The notes beneath the pieces were generated by a model that worked only from the letters and a program-made list of their open reading frames with translations, was not told the origin of the DNA and ran no database searches. 64,000 nucleotides of DNA from positions 682,001 to 746,000 of the forward strand of contig NW_027590154.1 of NCBI RefSeq assembly GCF_964213995.1. The letters are read 5' to 3'. Origin of the DNA: Mustelus asterias. Its lineage: Eukaryota. Positions 46,107-57,999 of this stretch are shown here, piece after piece (the first letter of the stretch is position 1; each line of letters begins with the position of its first letter). The position numbers and the translations under genes were made by a program.

Positions 46107-48926
46107 CTAAACCAATTTCTTTTCGTCCATGAACCTATCTACGGATCTCTTAAACGCCCCCAAACTAGGCGCATTTACTACTGATGCTGGCAGGGCATTC
46201 CAATCCCTCACCACCCTCTGGGTAAAGAACCTACCCCTGACATCGGTTCTATAACTACCCCCCCTCAATTTAAAGCCATGCCCCCTCGTGCTGGATTTCT
46301 CCATCAGAGGAAAAAGGCTATCACTATCCACCCTATCTAAACCTCTAATCATCTTATATGTTTCAATAAGATCCCCTCTTAGCCGCCGCCTTTCCAGCGA
46401 AAACAATCCCAAATCCCTCAGCCTCTCCTCATAGGATCTCCCCTCCATACCAGGCAACATCCTGGTAAACCTCCTCTGCACCCTCTCCAAAGCCTCCACA
46501 TCCTTCCTGTAATGTGGGGACCAGAACTGCACACAGTACTCCAAGTGCGGCCGCACCAGAGTTGTGTACAGTTGCAACATAACGCTACGACTCCTAAATT
46601 CAATCCCCCTACCAATAAACGCCAAGACACCATATGCCTTCTTAACAACCTTATCTACTTGATTCCCAACTTTCAGGGATCTATGCACACATATACCTAG
46701 ATCCCTCTGCTCCTCCACACTATTCAAAGTCCTCCCGTTAGCCCTATACTCAACACATCTGTTATTCCTACCAAAGTGAATTACCTCACACTTCTCCGCA
46801 TTAAACTCCATCCGCCACCTCTCGGCCCAACTTTGCAACCTGTCTAAGTCTTCCTGCAAACTACGACACCCTTCCTCACTGTCTACCACACCACCGACTT
46901 TGGTGTCATCAGCAAATTTGCTAATCCACCCAACTATACCCTCATCCAGATCATTAATAAATATTACAAACAGCAGTGGCCCCAAAACAGATCCCTGAGG
47001 TACACCACTTGTAACCGCACTCCATGATGAATATTTACTATCAACCACCACCCTCTGTTTCCTATCCGCTAGCCAATTCCTGATCCAATTTCCTAGATCA
47101 CCCCCAATCCCATACATCTGCATTTTCTGCAGAAGCCTACCATGGTGAACCTTATCAAACGCCTTACTAAAATCCATATATACCACGTCCACTGCCCTGC
47201 CCCCATCCACCTCCTTGGTCACTTTCTCAAAAAACTCAATAAGGTTAGTAAGGCACGACCTACCTGCCACAAAACCATGCTGACTATCACCTATCAATTC
47301 ATTACTCTCCAAATAACTATAAATCCTATCCCTTATAATTTTTTCCAACATCTTGCCGACAACAGAAGTGAGACTCACCGGTCTATAATTCCCGGGGAAG
47401 TCTCTGTTCCCCTTCTTAAACAATGGGACAACATTCGCTAACCTCCAATCTTCTGGTACTATACCAGAGGCCAACGACGACCTGAAGATCAGAGCCAGAG
47501 GCTCTGCAATCACTTCTCTTGCCTCCCAGAGAATCCTTGGATAAATCCCATCCGGACCAGGGGATTTATCTATTTTCAGACCCTCCAGAATATCCTGCAC
47601 ATCCTCCTTATCAACTGTAATACTGTCTATTCTACTCCCTTGCAACCCAGTGTCCTCCTCAGCTATATTCATGTCCCCTTGCGTGAACACCGAAGAGAAA
47701 TATTGGTTCAATGCTTCACCAATCTCCTCCGGTTCCACACATAACTTCCCTCTGCCATCTATAACTGGCCCTAAACTTGCCCTAACCAACCTTCTGTTCT
47801 TGACATACCTATAGAACGCCTTAGGATTCTCTTTAACCCTATCCGCCAAAGTCTTCTCATGTCCCCTTTTAGCCCTTCTAAGCTCGCTCTTCAACTCCCT
47901 CTTAGCCAATCTAAAGCTTTCTAGTGCACTACCCGAGTGCTCACGTCTCATCCGAACATAAGCCTCCTTTTTCTTTTTAACCAACAAAGAAACTTTTTTG
48001 GTGCACCACGGTTCCCTAGCCCTACCAATTCCTCCTTGCCTGACAGGGACATACCTATCACAGACTCGCAGTAGCTGCTCCTTGAAAAAACTCCACATGT
48101 CGGACGTTCCCAGTCCCTGTAATCTCCTAGTCCAACCTATGTTTCCTAATTCTCTCCTAATAGCCTCATAATTACCCTTCCCCCAGCTAAAACCACTGGC
48201 CCGAGGTTCATGCCTATCCCTTTCCATCACTAAGGTGAACGTAACCGAATTGTGGTCACTATCACCAAAATGCACACCAACTTCCAAGTCTAGCACCTGG
48301 TCTGGCTCATTTCCCAGCACCAGATCCAATATAGCCTCACCTCTAGTTGGCCTGTCTACATACTGAGTCAAAAAACCTTCCTGCACGCTTTGAACAAAAA
48401 CTGACCCCTCTAACGAGCTAGAGCTATAACAATTCCAGTCAATATTAGTCAAGTTAAAATCCCCCATAACAATTGCCCTATTACTATCACTCCTAAGCAG
48501 GATTGACTCCGCAATCCTTTCCTCAACCTCTCTAGAACTTTTAGGAGGTCTATAAAAGACTCCCAACAGGGTGACCTCTCCTCTCCTATTTCTAATCTCC
48601 GCCCATACTACCTCAACAGATAAGTCCTCATCAAACCTCCTCTCTGACACTGTGATACAATCTCTGACCAATAATGCTACCCCTCCCCCTCTTCTACCTC
48701 CTTCCCTACTTCGACTAAAACATTTGAACCCCGGGACCTGCAGCATCCATTCCTGCCCCTGCTCTATCCATGTCTCTGAAATAGCCACAACATCGAAGTC
48801 CCAGGTACTGATCCACGCTGCAAGTTCACCCACTTTATTGCGAATACTCCTGGCATTGAAGTATACACATTTCAAACCCTGCTCCACCCCACCTCTGCAA
48901 TGCCGTGCATTGCAGTCCCCATCCAT
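46107..48926 (-). CDS. CR1 ORF2: APE endonuclease and reverse transcriptase (939 aa)
   Basis: Uninterrupted; YFNARS, ISETW, YRPP, GDFN, SDHN, QHGF, DFSKAFD, GVPQGSVLGP, FADD. Confidence 0.95.
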   Translation of the reverse strand: MDGDCNARHCRGGVEQGLKCVYFNARSIRNKVGELAAWISTWDFDVVAISETWIEQGQEWMLQVPGFKCFSRSREGGRRGGGVALLVRDCITVSERRFDEDLSVEVVWAEIRNRRGEVTLLGVFYRPPKSSREVEERIAESILLRSDSNRAIVMGDFNLTNIDWNCYSSSSLEGSVFVQSVQEGFLTQYVDRPTRGEAILDLVLGNEPDQVLDLEVGVHFGDSDHNSVTFTLVMERDRHEPRASGFSWGKGNYEAIRRELGNIGWTRRLQGLGTSDMWSFFKEQLLRVCDRYVPVRQGGIGRAREPWCTKKVSLLVKKKKEAYVRMRREHSGSALESFRLAKRELKSELRRAKRGHEKTLADRVKENPKAFYRYVKNRRLVRASLGPVIDGRGKLCVEPEEIGEALNQYFSSVFTQGDMNIAEEDTGLQGSRIDSITVDKEDVQDILEGLKIDKSPGPDGIYPRILWEAREVIAEPLALIFRSSLASGIVPEDWRLANVVPLFKKGNRDFPGNYRPVSLTSVVGKMLEKIIRDRIYSYLESNELIGDSQHGFVAGRSCLTNLIEFFEKVTKEVDGGRAVDVVYMDFSKAFDKVHHGRLLQKMQMYGIGGDLGNWIRNWLADRKQRVVVDSKYSSWSAVTSGVPQGSVLGPLLFVIFINDLDEGIVGWISKFADDTKVGGVVDSEEGCRSLQEDLDRLQSWAERWRMEFNAEKCEVIHFGRNNRCVEYRANGRTLNSVEEQRDLGICVHRSLKVGNQVDKVVKKAYGVLAFIGRGIEFRSRSVMLQLYTTLVRPHLEYCVQFWSPHYRKDVEALERVQRRFTRMLPGMEGRSYEERLRDLGLFSLERRRLRGDLIETYKMIRGLDRVDSDSLFPLMEKSSTRGHGFKLRGGSYRTDVRGRFFTQRVVRDWNALPASVVNAPSLGAFKRSVDRFMDEKKLV

Positions 48927-48977
48927 GCATCCCTCACTTTCAGCCCCACTACTCAGGATCCCTCCCCCCCCCCCGAA

Positions 48978-49907
48978 TCAGTTTAAACCTCCCTGCATGG
49001 CCTTAGCAAATTTACCCCCCAGGATATTGGTCCCCTTCTGATTAAGGTGTAGACCATCCTTCTCATAGAGGTCACACCTTCCCCAGTACGAGCCCCAATT
49101 GCTTAAGTACCTGAACCCCTCCCTCCTGCACCATCCCCTCAGCCATGAATTCAAACCTTCCCTCTCCCTATTCCTCTCTAAACTATCCCGTGGTACAGGC
49201 AAGAGTCCAGAGATAACCACTCTGTCAGTCTTGGCCTTTAGTTTCCACCCCAACTCCATAAATCCCTGCCTAATATCCCCTTCCCCTATCCTCCCTATGT
49301 CGTGTGTCCCCACATGTACAATAACTTGTGGTTTATCTCCCTCCCCCCTAAGAGTCCTGAATACCCTGTCAGACACATCCCGGACCCCAGCCCCTGGTAG
49401 GCAACACACCAACCCTGAGTCCCTACCTTTAGTTCCGACCCTCCTATCTGTCCCCTTAATTGTGGAGTCCCCAATCACAAGGCCCAGTCTTTTACAGCCC
49501 CTAACCACCTGAGCTTTCTCACTCGGCTCACCCCCAGAGATCTGCTCTCTATGCTCAGTTGATTCCTCCTCAACTGTAGCCTCCAGCACCGAAAACCTAT
49601 TATGGAGGGGAACCGCCCCAGGGGATTGTCTTCCCGATTGCTTCTTACCCCTCCTCCTGGCATTGACCCAAGCCTCATTTCTAGGAGTTACTATTTCTCT
49701 ATAACTCCTATCAACTTCCACCTCCGCCTCCCGAATTATGCGGAGTTCCTCTACCTCCCCCTCCAGCTCCTTTACACGCTCCTCCAGTAGCTGCAATCTA
49801 ATGCACTTCTTACAACTAAAATCTCCTGAAACACTACTGGATTTCCTCACCACATACATCCCACAGGAGATGCAGCATACTGCCTGAACTGCCATCCCTG
49901 AAGCCAT
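48978..49907 (-). CDS. CR1 ORF1: Cys-rich zinc finger/coiled coil plus SGNH esterase-like domain
   Basis: CxxC...CxxC, heptad LEERVKELEGEVEEL, then IGDS, HVGTHD and DGLHLN blocks. Confidence 0.9.
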   Translation of the reverse strand: MASGMAVQAVCCISCGMYVVRKSSSVSGDFSCKKCIRLQLLEERVKELEGEVEELRIIREAEVEVDRSYREIVTPRNEAWVNARRRGKKQSGRQSPGAVPLHNRFSVLEATVEEESTEHREQISGGEPSEKAQVVRGCKRLGLVIGDSTIKGTDRRVGTKGRDSGLVCCLPGAGVRDVSDRVFRTLRGEGDKPQVIVHVGTHDIGRIGEGDIRQGFMELGWKLKAKTDRVVISGLLPVPRDSLERNREREGLNSWLRGWCRREGFRYLSNWGSYWGRCDLYEKDGLHLNQKGTNILGGKFAKAMQGGLN

Positions 49908-50310
49908 TACCAGCAAGAAAAAAAGAAAACAAAAAACTTCCCCACACTTATAATTAGGTTAGAGGAGGATGGAAGGGTGGGATCCTCTACCAGTGTAGAG
50001 GATCGGGTATCTCCTCTGCACCAATTTATAGGGCTAGGGGCCCGAGAGAAAAAAAAAAAACTACTACTGAGGGGGAACCACCCAGGTAACTGACTTTTAA
50101 AGTTAAAATAAAAACCCTTCCCAGACTCCTTTGCTGCCCACTTCTAGTTTTCACTTTAAACTTGAAAAACTGCTGTTAAAGTAAAGGCCAAAAAAATACA
50201 CACACTAGCTGACTAATTAAATAAATAAACAATTCAATTAATCCAATTAATCTCTTACCAGCACTGCTGCTTTTCAATCACCCCTCTCAGCTTGCTCCAG
50301 TGGATCAATG

Positions 50311-51345
50311 AGCAACTTCTATTTATAATATCATAAATCATCCCAGTGCACTTCACACAAGTGGCACGGTGGCACAGTGGTTAACACTGCTGCCTCACAA
50401 CGCCAGGATTCAATTCCCGGCTTGGGTCACTGTGTGGAGTTTGTACATTCTCCCCTGTGTGTGTGTGGGTTTCCTTCGGGTACTATGGTTTCCTCCCACA
50501 GTCGGAAAGATGTGCTGGTTAGGTGCATTGACCCAAACAGGTGCTGGAGTGTGACGACTAGGGGAATTTCACAGTAACTTCATTGCAGTGTTAATGTAAG
50601 TCTTACTTGTGACTGATAAATAAACTTTAAGGAACATTATAAAACAAAGTGAGATTCCCAGATACATCAGGAGATATTAGGACAGATGACCAAAAACTTG
50701 GACAAAGAGGTGAGTTTTAAAGAGAGGCTTAAAGGAGGAAAGTGAGGTAGAGACAGAGAGGTGTAGGAAGGAAATTCAGATCCTGGGGCTGAAGAACTGA
50801 AGGCACAACCACCAGTCATGGAGCAATTACAGTAGGGAATGTACAAGAGCAGCACTGATATCTCGGATGTTTGTGGGAAGATTACAGAGATCAGGAGGGC
50901 TGAAGCCATGGAACGATTTGAAAACAAAGATGAGAATTTTACAATCAAGGTGTTGCATGACTGGGAGCCAAGGCAAGTCACGGAGGACAGGGGTGATCAG
51001 GGACTTGCTGTTAATTAGGAAAGGAGTAGCAGACTTTTGGATGACTTCACATTTCCACGGGTAAAACGTCAAGTGCAATGGAATAGTTGAGTTTGGCGGT
51101 AACAATGGCCTGAATGAGGGTTTGAGCAGCAGATGCACTGAGGTAGAGCTGAGGTCATGTGATGTTACCGAGGTGGAAATAGGCCGTCCCAGAAACTTGG
51201 GATCAAATGGGACACCGAGGTTATGAACAAACCGGCTTAATTTCAGATATTTGCCAGGAAGAGGGATTGAGTGGATTGCAAAGGAACAAGACTTGGAAGG
51301 GGGACCAAAAGCAGTGGCTTCAGTACTCTTGATATTTAATTGAGG
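50311..51345 (-). mobile_element. Old L2 LINE 3' fragment with a nested SINE (50363-50628)
   Basis: Minus strand ITPVLRDLPWLPVMQHLDCKILIFVFKS. Confidence 0.7.
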
Positions 51346-52146
51346 TTAATTAGTCAGCAGGAAGAGAACCAGAAAGCAGAATGGGCCCTGAGACTGAAAC
51401 CAGGTTTAACTTAGTTAGAGAGGGCGGTTCAGAGAAACCCCCTTCACAATTTCTCATCAAATCTCGAAACAGTCAGTTCTGGACACAAAGTTAACATCTG
51501 CTATTCTGACTCATCGGGTCAGGGTGATTCAGATTAATGTTTTCTCATGTGTTATGAATGAAGTGAATCATCAAAACTACCATCTCTAGTTGTACACATT
51601 TTTTAAGAGGAAACTGAAATAATTATCTGTCAATTTATTTGGATTTCAGTTCAGGGAGGAGGGAGAGTGTGTGGGATGGGGATCTGCAACTTTGGGGGTT
51701 CGAGAGGAAAAAGTTCCAGAGAAACTAGAATTGTCTGTTGAGAATTTCTATCCTGGACTGTCAGTGATGACTTTTATTGATGGTTTTTACAGCTATTAGA
51801 AGTTGAGGATTGTAGACGGGAATCTCAAACCAGACATCACATGAAGATCTGACAGAATCACTCGATTCATAGGACCTGGATATCATCGTACTTGGAAAGT
51901 GGAAGGAGAAATGTTTGTTTGTTTTGTCTGTGGGAAAAGATTTCAAACATCGGTGTGACTGGAAAAGCACCAAGACACACGCACACCCGAGTGAGAGTGT
52001 TCCAGTGAACTGACTGTGGAAAGAGCTTTAACACAGCCTGAAAATACATCACCATTCACAGTGAGGAGAAACTGTACACGTGTTGTGTGTGTGGACGAAG
52101 CTTCAACTGATCATCAACCTGGAGAGACATGATGACACCGACACCA

Positions 52147-52820
52147 CAGAGAAACCGTGGATATGTGGGGACTGTGGGAAAGCATTCACTTGCCCATCCA
52201 AACTGGAAACTCATCGACGCACCCACACTGGGGAGAGACCCTTCACCTGCTCCATATGTGGGAAGGATTTCACTCAGTCATCCAACCTAGCATTACATCA
52301 GCGGGTTCACACTGGGGAGAGGCCGTTTAGCTGCCCTCTGTGTGGGAAAAGATTCATTCAGTCATACAATCTAGCGTTACACCGGCGGGTTCACACTGGG
52401 GAGAGGCCATTCACCTGCTCCGTGTGTGGGAAGGGATTCATTAATTCCTCTAACCTAGTGGCACACCAGCGAGTTCACTCGGGGGAGAAACCATTCAGCT
52501 GCACTGACTGTGGAATGAGCTTTAGGCTTTCATCTACCCTGCTGAAACACCAGCGAGTTCACACTGGGGAGAGGCCATTCAGCTGCACTGACTGTGGAAA
52601 GAGCTTCAGACACTCAGGCAGTCTCACTGTACACCAGCGAGCTCACACTGGGGAGAGGCCATTCACCTGCTCCATGTGTGGGAAGGGATTCACTGATTCA
52701 TGCCAACTGCTGAGACATGAACGAGTTCACACCGGGGAGAGGCCGTTCACCTGCTCCGAGTGTGGGAAGGGATTCATTGATTCATCTCAGCTGCTGAAAC
52801 ACCAGCGAGTTCACAAGTGA
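52147..52820 (+). CDS. 8-finger C2H2 ZNF whose family start codon reads ACA; start uncertain
   Basis: Eight intact fingers; ACA GAG AAA CCG TGG occupies the position of ATG GAG AAA CCG TGG in paralogs. Confidence 0.6.
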
Positions 52821-53040
52821 GGGATTGGATTCTGCTGTTATTGCTGCTGTTAATGACAACCAGGCCCTTTCATTCTGACAGCTGGAGTTTGTTTCTGCTG
52901 ATGTTAATACACCCGGTAACTGGGCTGGAGTTTAATATTCTGGATCTAGAGGTGATTGTGTTCCTGGGGCTGCAGTTACCGCGGTCCATCTGAAATTAGT
53001 TTACAACAAGATTCAGAACTTTTACTTCAATCTCAAATTG

Positions 53041-53331
53041 TTTAAGTTAAGTTTATTTATTAGTGTCACAAGTAGGCTTACATTAACACTGCAATGAAGT
53101 TACTGTGAAAATCCACTAGTCGCCTGTCCGGGTTACACTGAGGGAGAATTCAGCATAGCCAATGCAACTAACCAGCACATCTTTCGGACTTGTGAGGAAA
53201 CCGGAGCACCCGGAGGAAACCCACACAGACACGGGGAGAATGTGCAGACTCCGCACAGATAGTGACCTAAATCAGGAATTGAACCCGGGTCCTGGCGCTG
53301 TGAGGCAGCAGTGCGAACCACTCTGCCACCC
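53041..53331 (-). mobile_element. V-SINE-like SINE with alternative tail
   Basis: Reverse complement; tail aagtttatttattagtgtcacaag. Confidence 0.85.
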
Positions 53332-54960
53332 TATTGATCTTTGGCCCGAATTCTACAATTCAGTGTCTGAGAGGTTCCACTGATGAACATCTCCAATTAG
53401 AAAGTGCTGATTAATCCTTGCTGAGAATTCTTACTGACTTGCACATTACACACAGTGACACCTCCATTATCCACCAGAAAGAAAGGGAATGGGAATCGGT
53501 GGAGAATCGAGAGTCTCCAAATGTCACCCATCCCGTCTGGAACAGAAATTCCCTCAGCTCAGGAATGGAGAAAAGTCAAATCCAAGTAACAGATTGTAAG
53601 AAATCACCATCTAATAGCCTTATAAAATCTTTGGATACTGATGGAATATTATAGAAAGAGCCTTCCCTCTGTCTTCGGAAGAAAGCTTGCTGGCTGACAA
53701 ACACAGGACAAGCCTTTCTCCCTGCCAAGGACCTGTCTCTAGCACAGGCCCTGAAGCAAGACATTTTTAATCCTGATACCATTGGCTTTTATGGTAACTA
53801 ACTACATGTAAAGGTTAAAACAGGCCCTCAAGAGCAAGGAGATTTCAAATTGACTGTCTTCTCCCCAACACCCACAATCAGGCTCATTGAAGTGAACCTT
53901 CCATAGGCACCAGTTATGGACATCAACATTCACTTGGCTTCATCCGTCTGCTTGTCCTCTGGGATCTGTAAATCTCTCTCACCTGTCACAGGTCAGGTGC
54001 TTTTCCTATCTATTTAACTCACACATCTTGTTTTAACTGTTGCTTCTCAATAAACTGTTTTAAAATCGCTTCTGAGCTCAATTCCCTTTTTGGGTGCAGA
54101 CCAGTAAGAGTTTAGAAAGTAGATTTTTAAATGTTTCTGTAGATATGTGGATAGGAAGAAGCGAGTGAAAGTAAACATTCTCTATGAGAGGCAGATAAAA
54201 GTCAAAATATAATGGGGAACAAGGAAATGGCAGAGAAATGCAACAAATACTTTGTATCTATCTGTCTTCATGGTAGAAGACAAAAGAAACATTCTAATAA
54301 TGGGGAACCAAGGGGTTAGTGCAAGGGGGCGGGAACTTTAATACAAGGAAGAGCCATTTTTAAACATTAGTCACCAATACAATATCGTTTTGAGTTGTAA
54401 TGCTGTTCAGTAAATGTCAATAATAATGAAAAACTAGACAGACATGTTCTGACATCATTTTATGGAACTTTACAGAAAAGTTGTTAATTAAATGATCCTT
54501 TCTGACAAGTGCAATGTGAATAAAAGTTTTAAAAAATGAAACTAGCCATTTAATTCCCATTAAAATGGGTTTGATTGATCAGTGGTGGGAGCTGCACAAG
54601 TCCAAAACTGTGGTGGCTTTGGAGACCGGTTACACAGTCCCTTGTCCAATAAGAATGAGGGTCTTATAGAAATAGAGACTGGAGAAATTAATGGGACTAA
54701 ATGGTGACAAATTCCCCGGACCAGACAACCTGCATCTTGGGGGTTTAAAAGAGGGAGCTTCAGAAATAATGGATGCATTAGTTTGATCTTCCAGAATTCC
54801 TTAAACCCTCGAACAGTTCCCAAGGATCGGAAGTCAGCAAACATTAACTAGTCCAGAAAGTAGGAGAGAAAATGGGGAATATAGACCAGTTAACATCGGC
54901 TGCAGGTGAAATATTAGAAATCTTATTGTTTGGGACTTGGTAATAGGGTACTCATAAAAT

Positions 54961-55190
54961 CAAAAACAGAAAATGCTGGAAAATCTCAGCAGGTCTGATA
55001 GCATCTGTGGAGAGAGAATAGAGCCAACGTTTCAAGTCTGGATGACCCTTCGTCAGCTCTGACAGACAGTCATCCAGACTCGACATGTTGGCTCGATTCT
55101 CTCCCCACAGATGCTGTCAGATCTGCTGAGATTTTCCAGCATTTTCTATTTTTGTTTCAGATTCCAGCATCCGCAGCATTTTGCTTTTAC
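54961..55190. repeat. Palindromic Penelope-derived repeat (~95-bp inverted arms)
   Basis: aaaatgctggaaaatctcagcaggtctga... and its reverse complement; single arms at 11065-11162, 15115-15200 and 17700-17840. Confidence 0.7.
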
Positions 55191-56189
55191 CGATAAAATC
55201 AGACTAGGATCAAATTAACGGTGGTGAGAAAAATCAGAGTATAGGATTCTTCATGGGCCTGAGAGGTTCGATGGTGTGAAAATGTTTCCCCTGACTGCGG
55301 AACCTGGAACACTGGGTCACAGTCTCAGAATAAGGGGTCAATCATTGTGATTGAATTGAGGAGAAAATTCTTCACTCAGTTGTGAATGTCTAGAATTCTC
55401 TACCCCAGGGAGCAGTGGATGCTCGGCATTGGGTGTAATTAAGACAAAGATTGATAAATATTTGGGTACAAAGAGAAGTTAAGCGATATGGGGACAGTGC
55501 GGGGAGGTGGGGTTGAGGTAGATTATCAACCTTGATCTAAGTGAATAGCTGAACAAACTCAAAGGGCTGAATGGCCTCTTCCTGCTCCTATTTCTTATTA
55601 CATTAAACCTCAGTCTGGTTCCCCTCAAACTGCTGAGTGAGTGAATTAAATCTTTCTTCACAAATCACCAAGACACCAGTCTACAAGTCAGAATATAAAC
55701 ATTGTTTATTGGTTACAAATTGCAGTTAAATCTGGGCAAATTGTCTCTTTCCAGACATGTCTAAGTGCAATCAGAGTTATCCAGGAGTTCAACACTAATA
55801 GGGAGAGATATTTCACAAAACAAGTAACAAAGATCCCATAGGATACTCAGTGAGTCATTGTAAATTAGCACGAATGGATGCTGAGTATTCATTACAGCAA
55901 GGAGCAGAGTTTGAGCTTATAAATTATCGAGTTTACTTTCAGAGTAATTCCTTCAATATCTGCAAGTTAACAGCTATGAACAACTCATCTATCAAACAGC
56001 TCAAGCCTGCTTGTGATTACCAACATTCAGAGCTTACACTGTCTGATCCTGGAGTTACAGAACAGACTTTCTCCTGTCAATGTAGAGCTGCAGGAATGCA
56101 CTGTGATCTGTTTATTGTTCATCTTTATTTCAGCAGAGTTTCTAAATGATATAAATTTAAAACAAAGTATTGCAGGTGTGATGGTTTAT

Positions 56190-57660
56190 TGACAGGGGAT
56201 CTCATAGAAACTTATAAAAATCTAACAGGGTTAAACAGGATAGATTCAGAACAAAGAACAATACAGCACAGGAACAGGCCCTTCGGCCCTCCAAGCCCGC
56301 GCCGCTCCCCGGTCCAGGATTGAATCCTGAATCCAGGATCCCCGCCCAATTTTCCAGCCTATCTACATACCAATATCCTATCCACCGAGCTGTCCCCCAC
56401 AGCTACGATGCTTTGTTCATTACAACCTATTAACTCACCCCCACCCCCCCATTCCAGACCATGTGATCTCCAGGGAGAGGCGAAAACCCAGAGTGAAAAA
56501 CCCCAGAGCCAATATGGGGAAAAAAAAATCTGGGAAATTCCTCTCCGACCCCCTGAGGCGATCGAAACGAGTCCAGGAGATCACAATGGCCCTGATCGGA
56601 AAATGCTTCCCAACCCTAGTCATTTCCACTTCCACGAGAAACAAGGAACAATTAGCCCGCGCCGCTCCCTGGTCCAAACTAGACCACTCTTTTGTATCCC
56701 TCCATTCCCACTCCGTTCATATAGCTGTCTAGATAAGTCTTAAACGTTCCCAGTGTGTCCGCCTCCACCACCTTGCCCGGCAACACATTCCAGGCCCCCA
56801 CGACCCTCTGTGTGAAATATGTCCTTCTGATATCTGTGTTAAACCTCCCCCCCTTCACCTTGAACCTATGACCCCTCGTGAACGTCACCACCGACCCGGG
56901 GAATAGCTTCCCACCGTTCACCCTATCTATGCCTTTCATAATTTTATACACCTCTATTAAGTCTCCCCTCATCCTCCGTCTTTCCAAGGAGAACAACCCC
57001 AGTTTCCCCAATCTCTCCTCATAACCAAGCCCTTCCATACCAGGCAACATCCTGGTAAACCTCCTCTGTACTCTCTCCAAAGCCTCCACGTCCTTCTGGT
57101 AGTGTGGCGACCAGAACTGGACGCAGTATTCCAAATGCGGCCGAACCAACGTTCTATACATCTGCAACATCAGACCCCAACTTTTATACTCTATGCCCCG
57201 TCCTATAAAGGCAAGCATGCCATATGCCTTCTTCACCACCTTCTCCACCTGTGACGTCACCTTCAAAGATCTGTGGACTTGCACACCCAGGTCCCTCTGC
57301 GTCTCTACACCCTTTATGGTTCTTCCATTTATCGTGTAGAAAGAATGTTCCCAATGGTGGGGGGGTCCAGAATTAGGGGTCATAGTTTGAGGATAAGGGG
57401 TAAACCTTTTAGGACTGAGTTGAGAAATTTCTTCACCCAGAGGGTGGTGCATCTGTAGAATTCACTACCACAGAAAATAATTGAGGCTAAAATGTTTTGT
57501 GATTTGAAGAAGGAATTAGATATAGCTCTTGGGCCTAAAGGGATATTTGGTGGGGGGGAACTGGGATATTGAATGTGATGATCAGCCATGATCATAATAA
57601 ATGGCGGAGCAGGCTCGAAGGGCTGAATGGTCTACTCCTGCTTCTAGTTTCTATGTATGT
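56190..57660 (+). mobile_element. CR1 3' fragment (+) split by a younger CR1 (-) at 56252-57337
   Basis: DLIETYK...DS|ERMFPMVGGSRIRGHSL joins across the insert; AGAA duplicated; the insert encodes the ORF2 C-terminus on the minus strand. Confidence 0.85.
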
Positions 57661-57999
57661 TTCAATGTAACAGGGCCTCTAACTCAAATATAACTGTCAG
57701 TTGTCAATGGCTGGGGAGCTAATGGCTCCAGACCTTAACTACCAAGACTTGATGGGTTTCACAGCACTTGCTCTTTAATTATCCAAGGGCATGTGATGTA
57801 TTTCATTTGTCAAATAAGGATGCAGCTACAGACAAAGAGCCAGTCACAAGATTCTCATATCTTACACTGATTACAATTAAGCAGAATATCACATCAGGTT
57901 AAATGATTAATATAATTCAATTATTTGATCATTACACATCACTAAACTACAAACTGACCTTTACTACAGTCTCACAGTCCAATCAAGTAACAGGTTGAC

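Larger units (their letters stand above)
46010..50310 (-). mobile_element. Apparently full-length, intact CR1 LINE
   Basis: 5' UTR, ORF1, ORF2 and a (TTCTATG)n tail at 46010-46031; the 5' boundary is approximate. Confidence 0.93.

Noticed and set aside
50030-50260. Possible intron in the CR1 5' UTR (minus-strand GTAAGA donor, T-tract and TAG acceptor)
   Set aside because: Motif-only evidence that cannot be supported without transcripts.
51950-52112. Selenocysteine or readthrough recoding of the conserved TGAs in the leader (one sits at a finger Cys position)
   Set aside because: Paralogs share a frameshift between the pseudo-fingers and have further random indels, and I could not see a SECIS-like element, so decayed UTR explains it better.
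53381-54110. Possible LTR-like segment with AATAAA
   Set aside because: No convincing termini or TSD; left unannotated.
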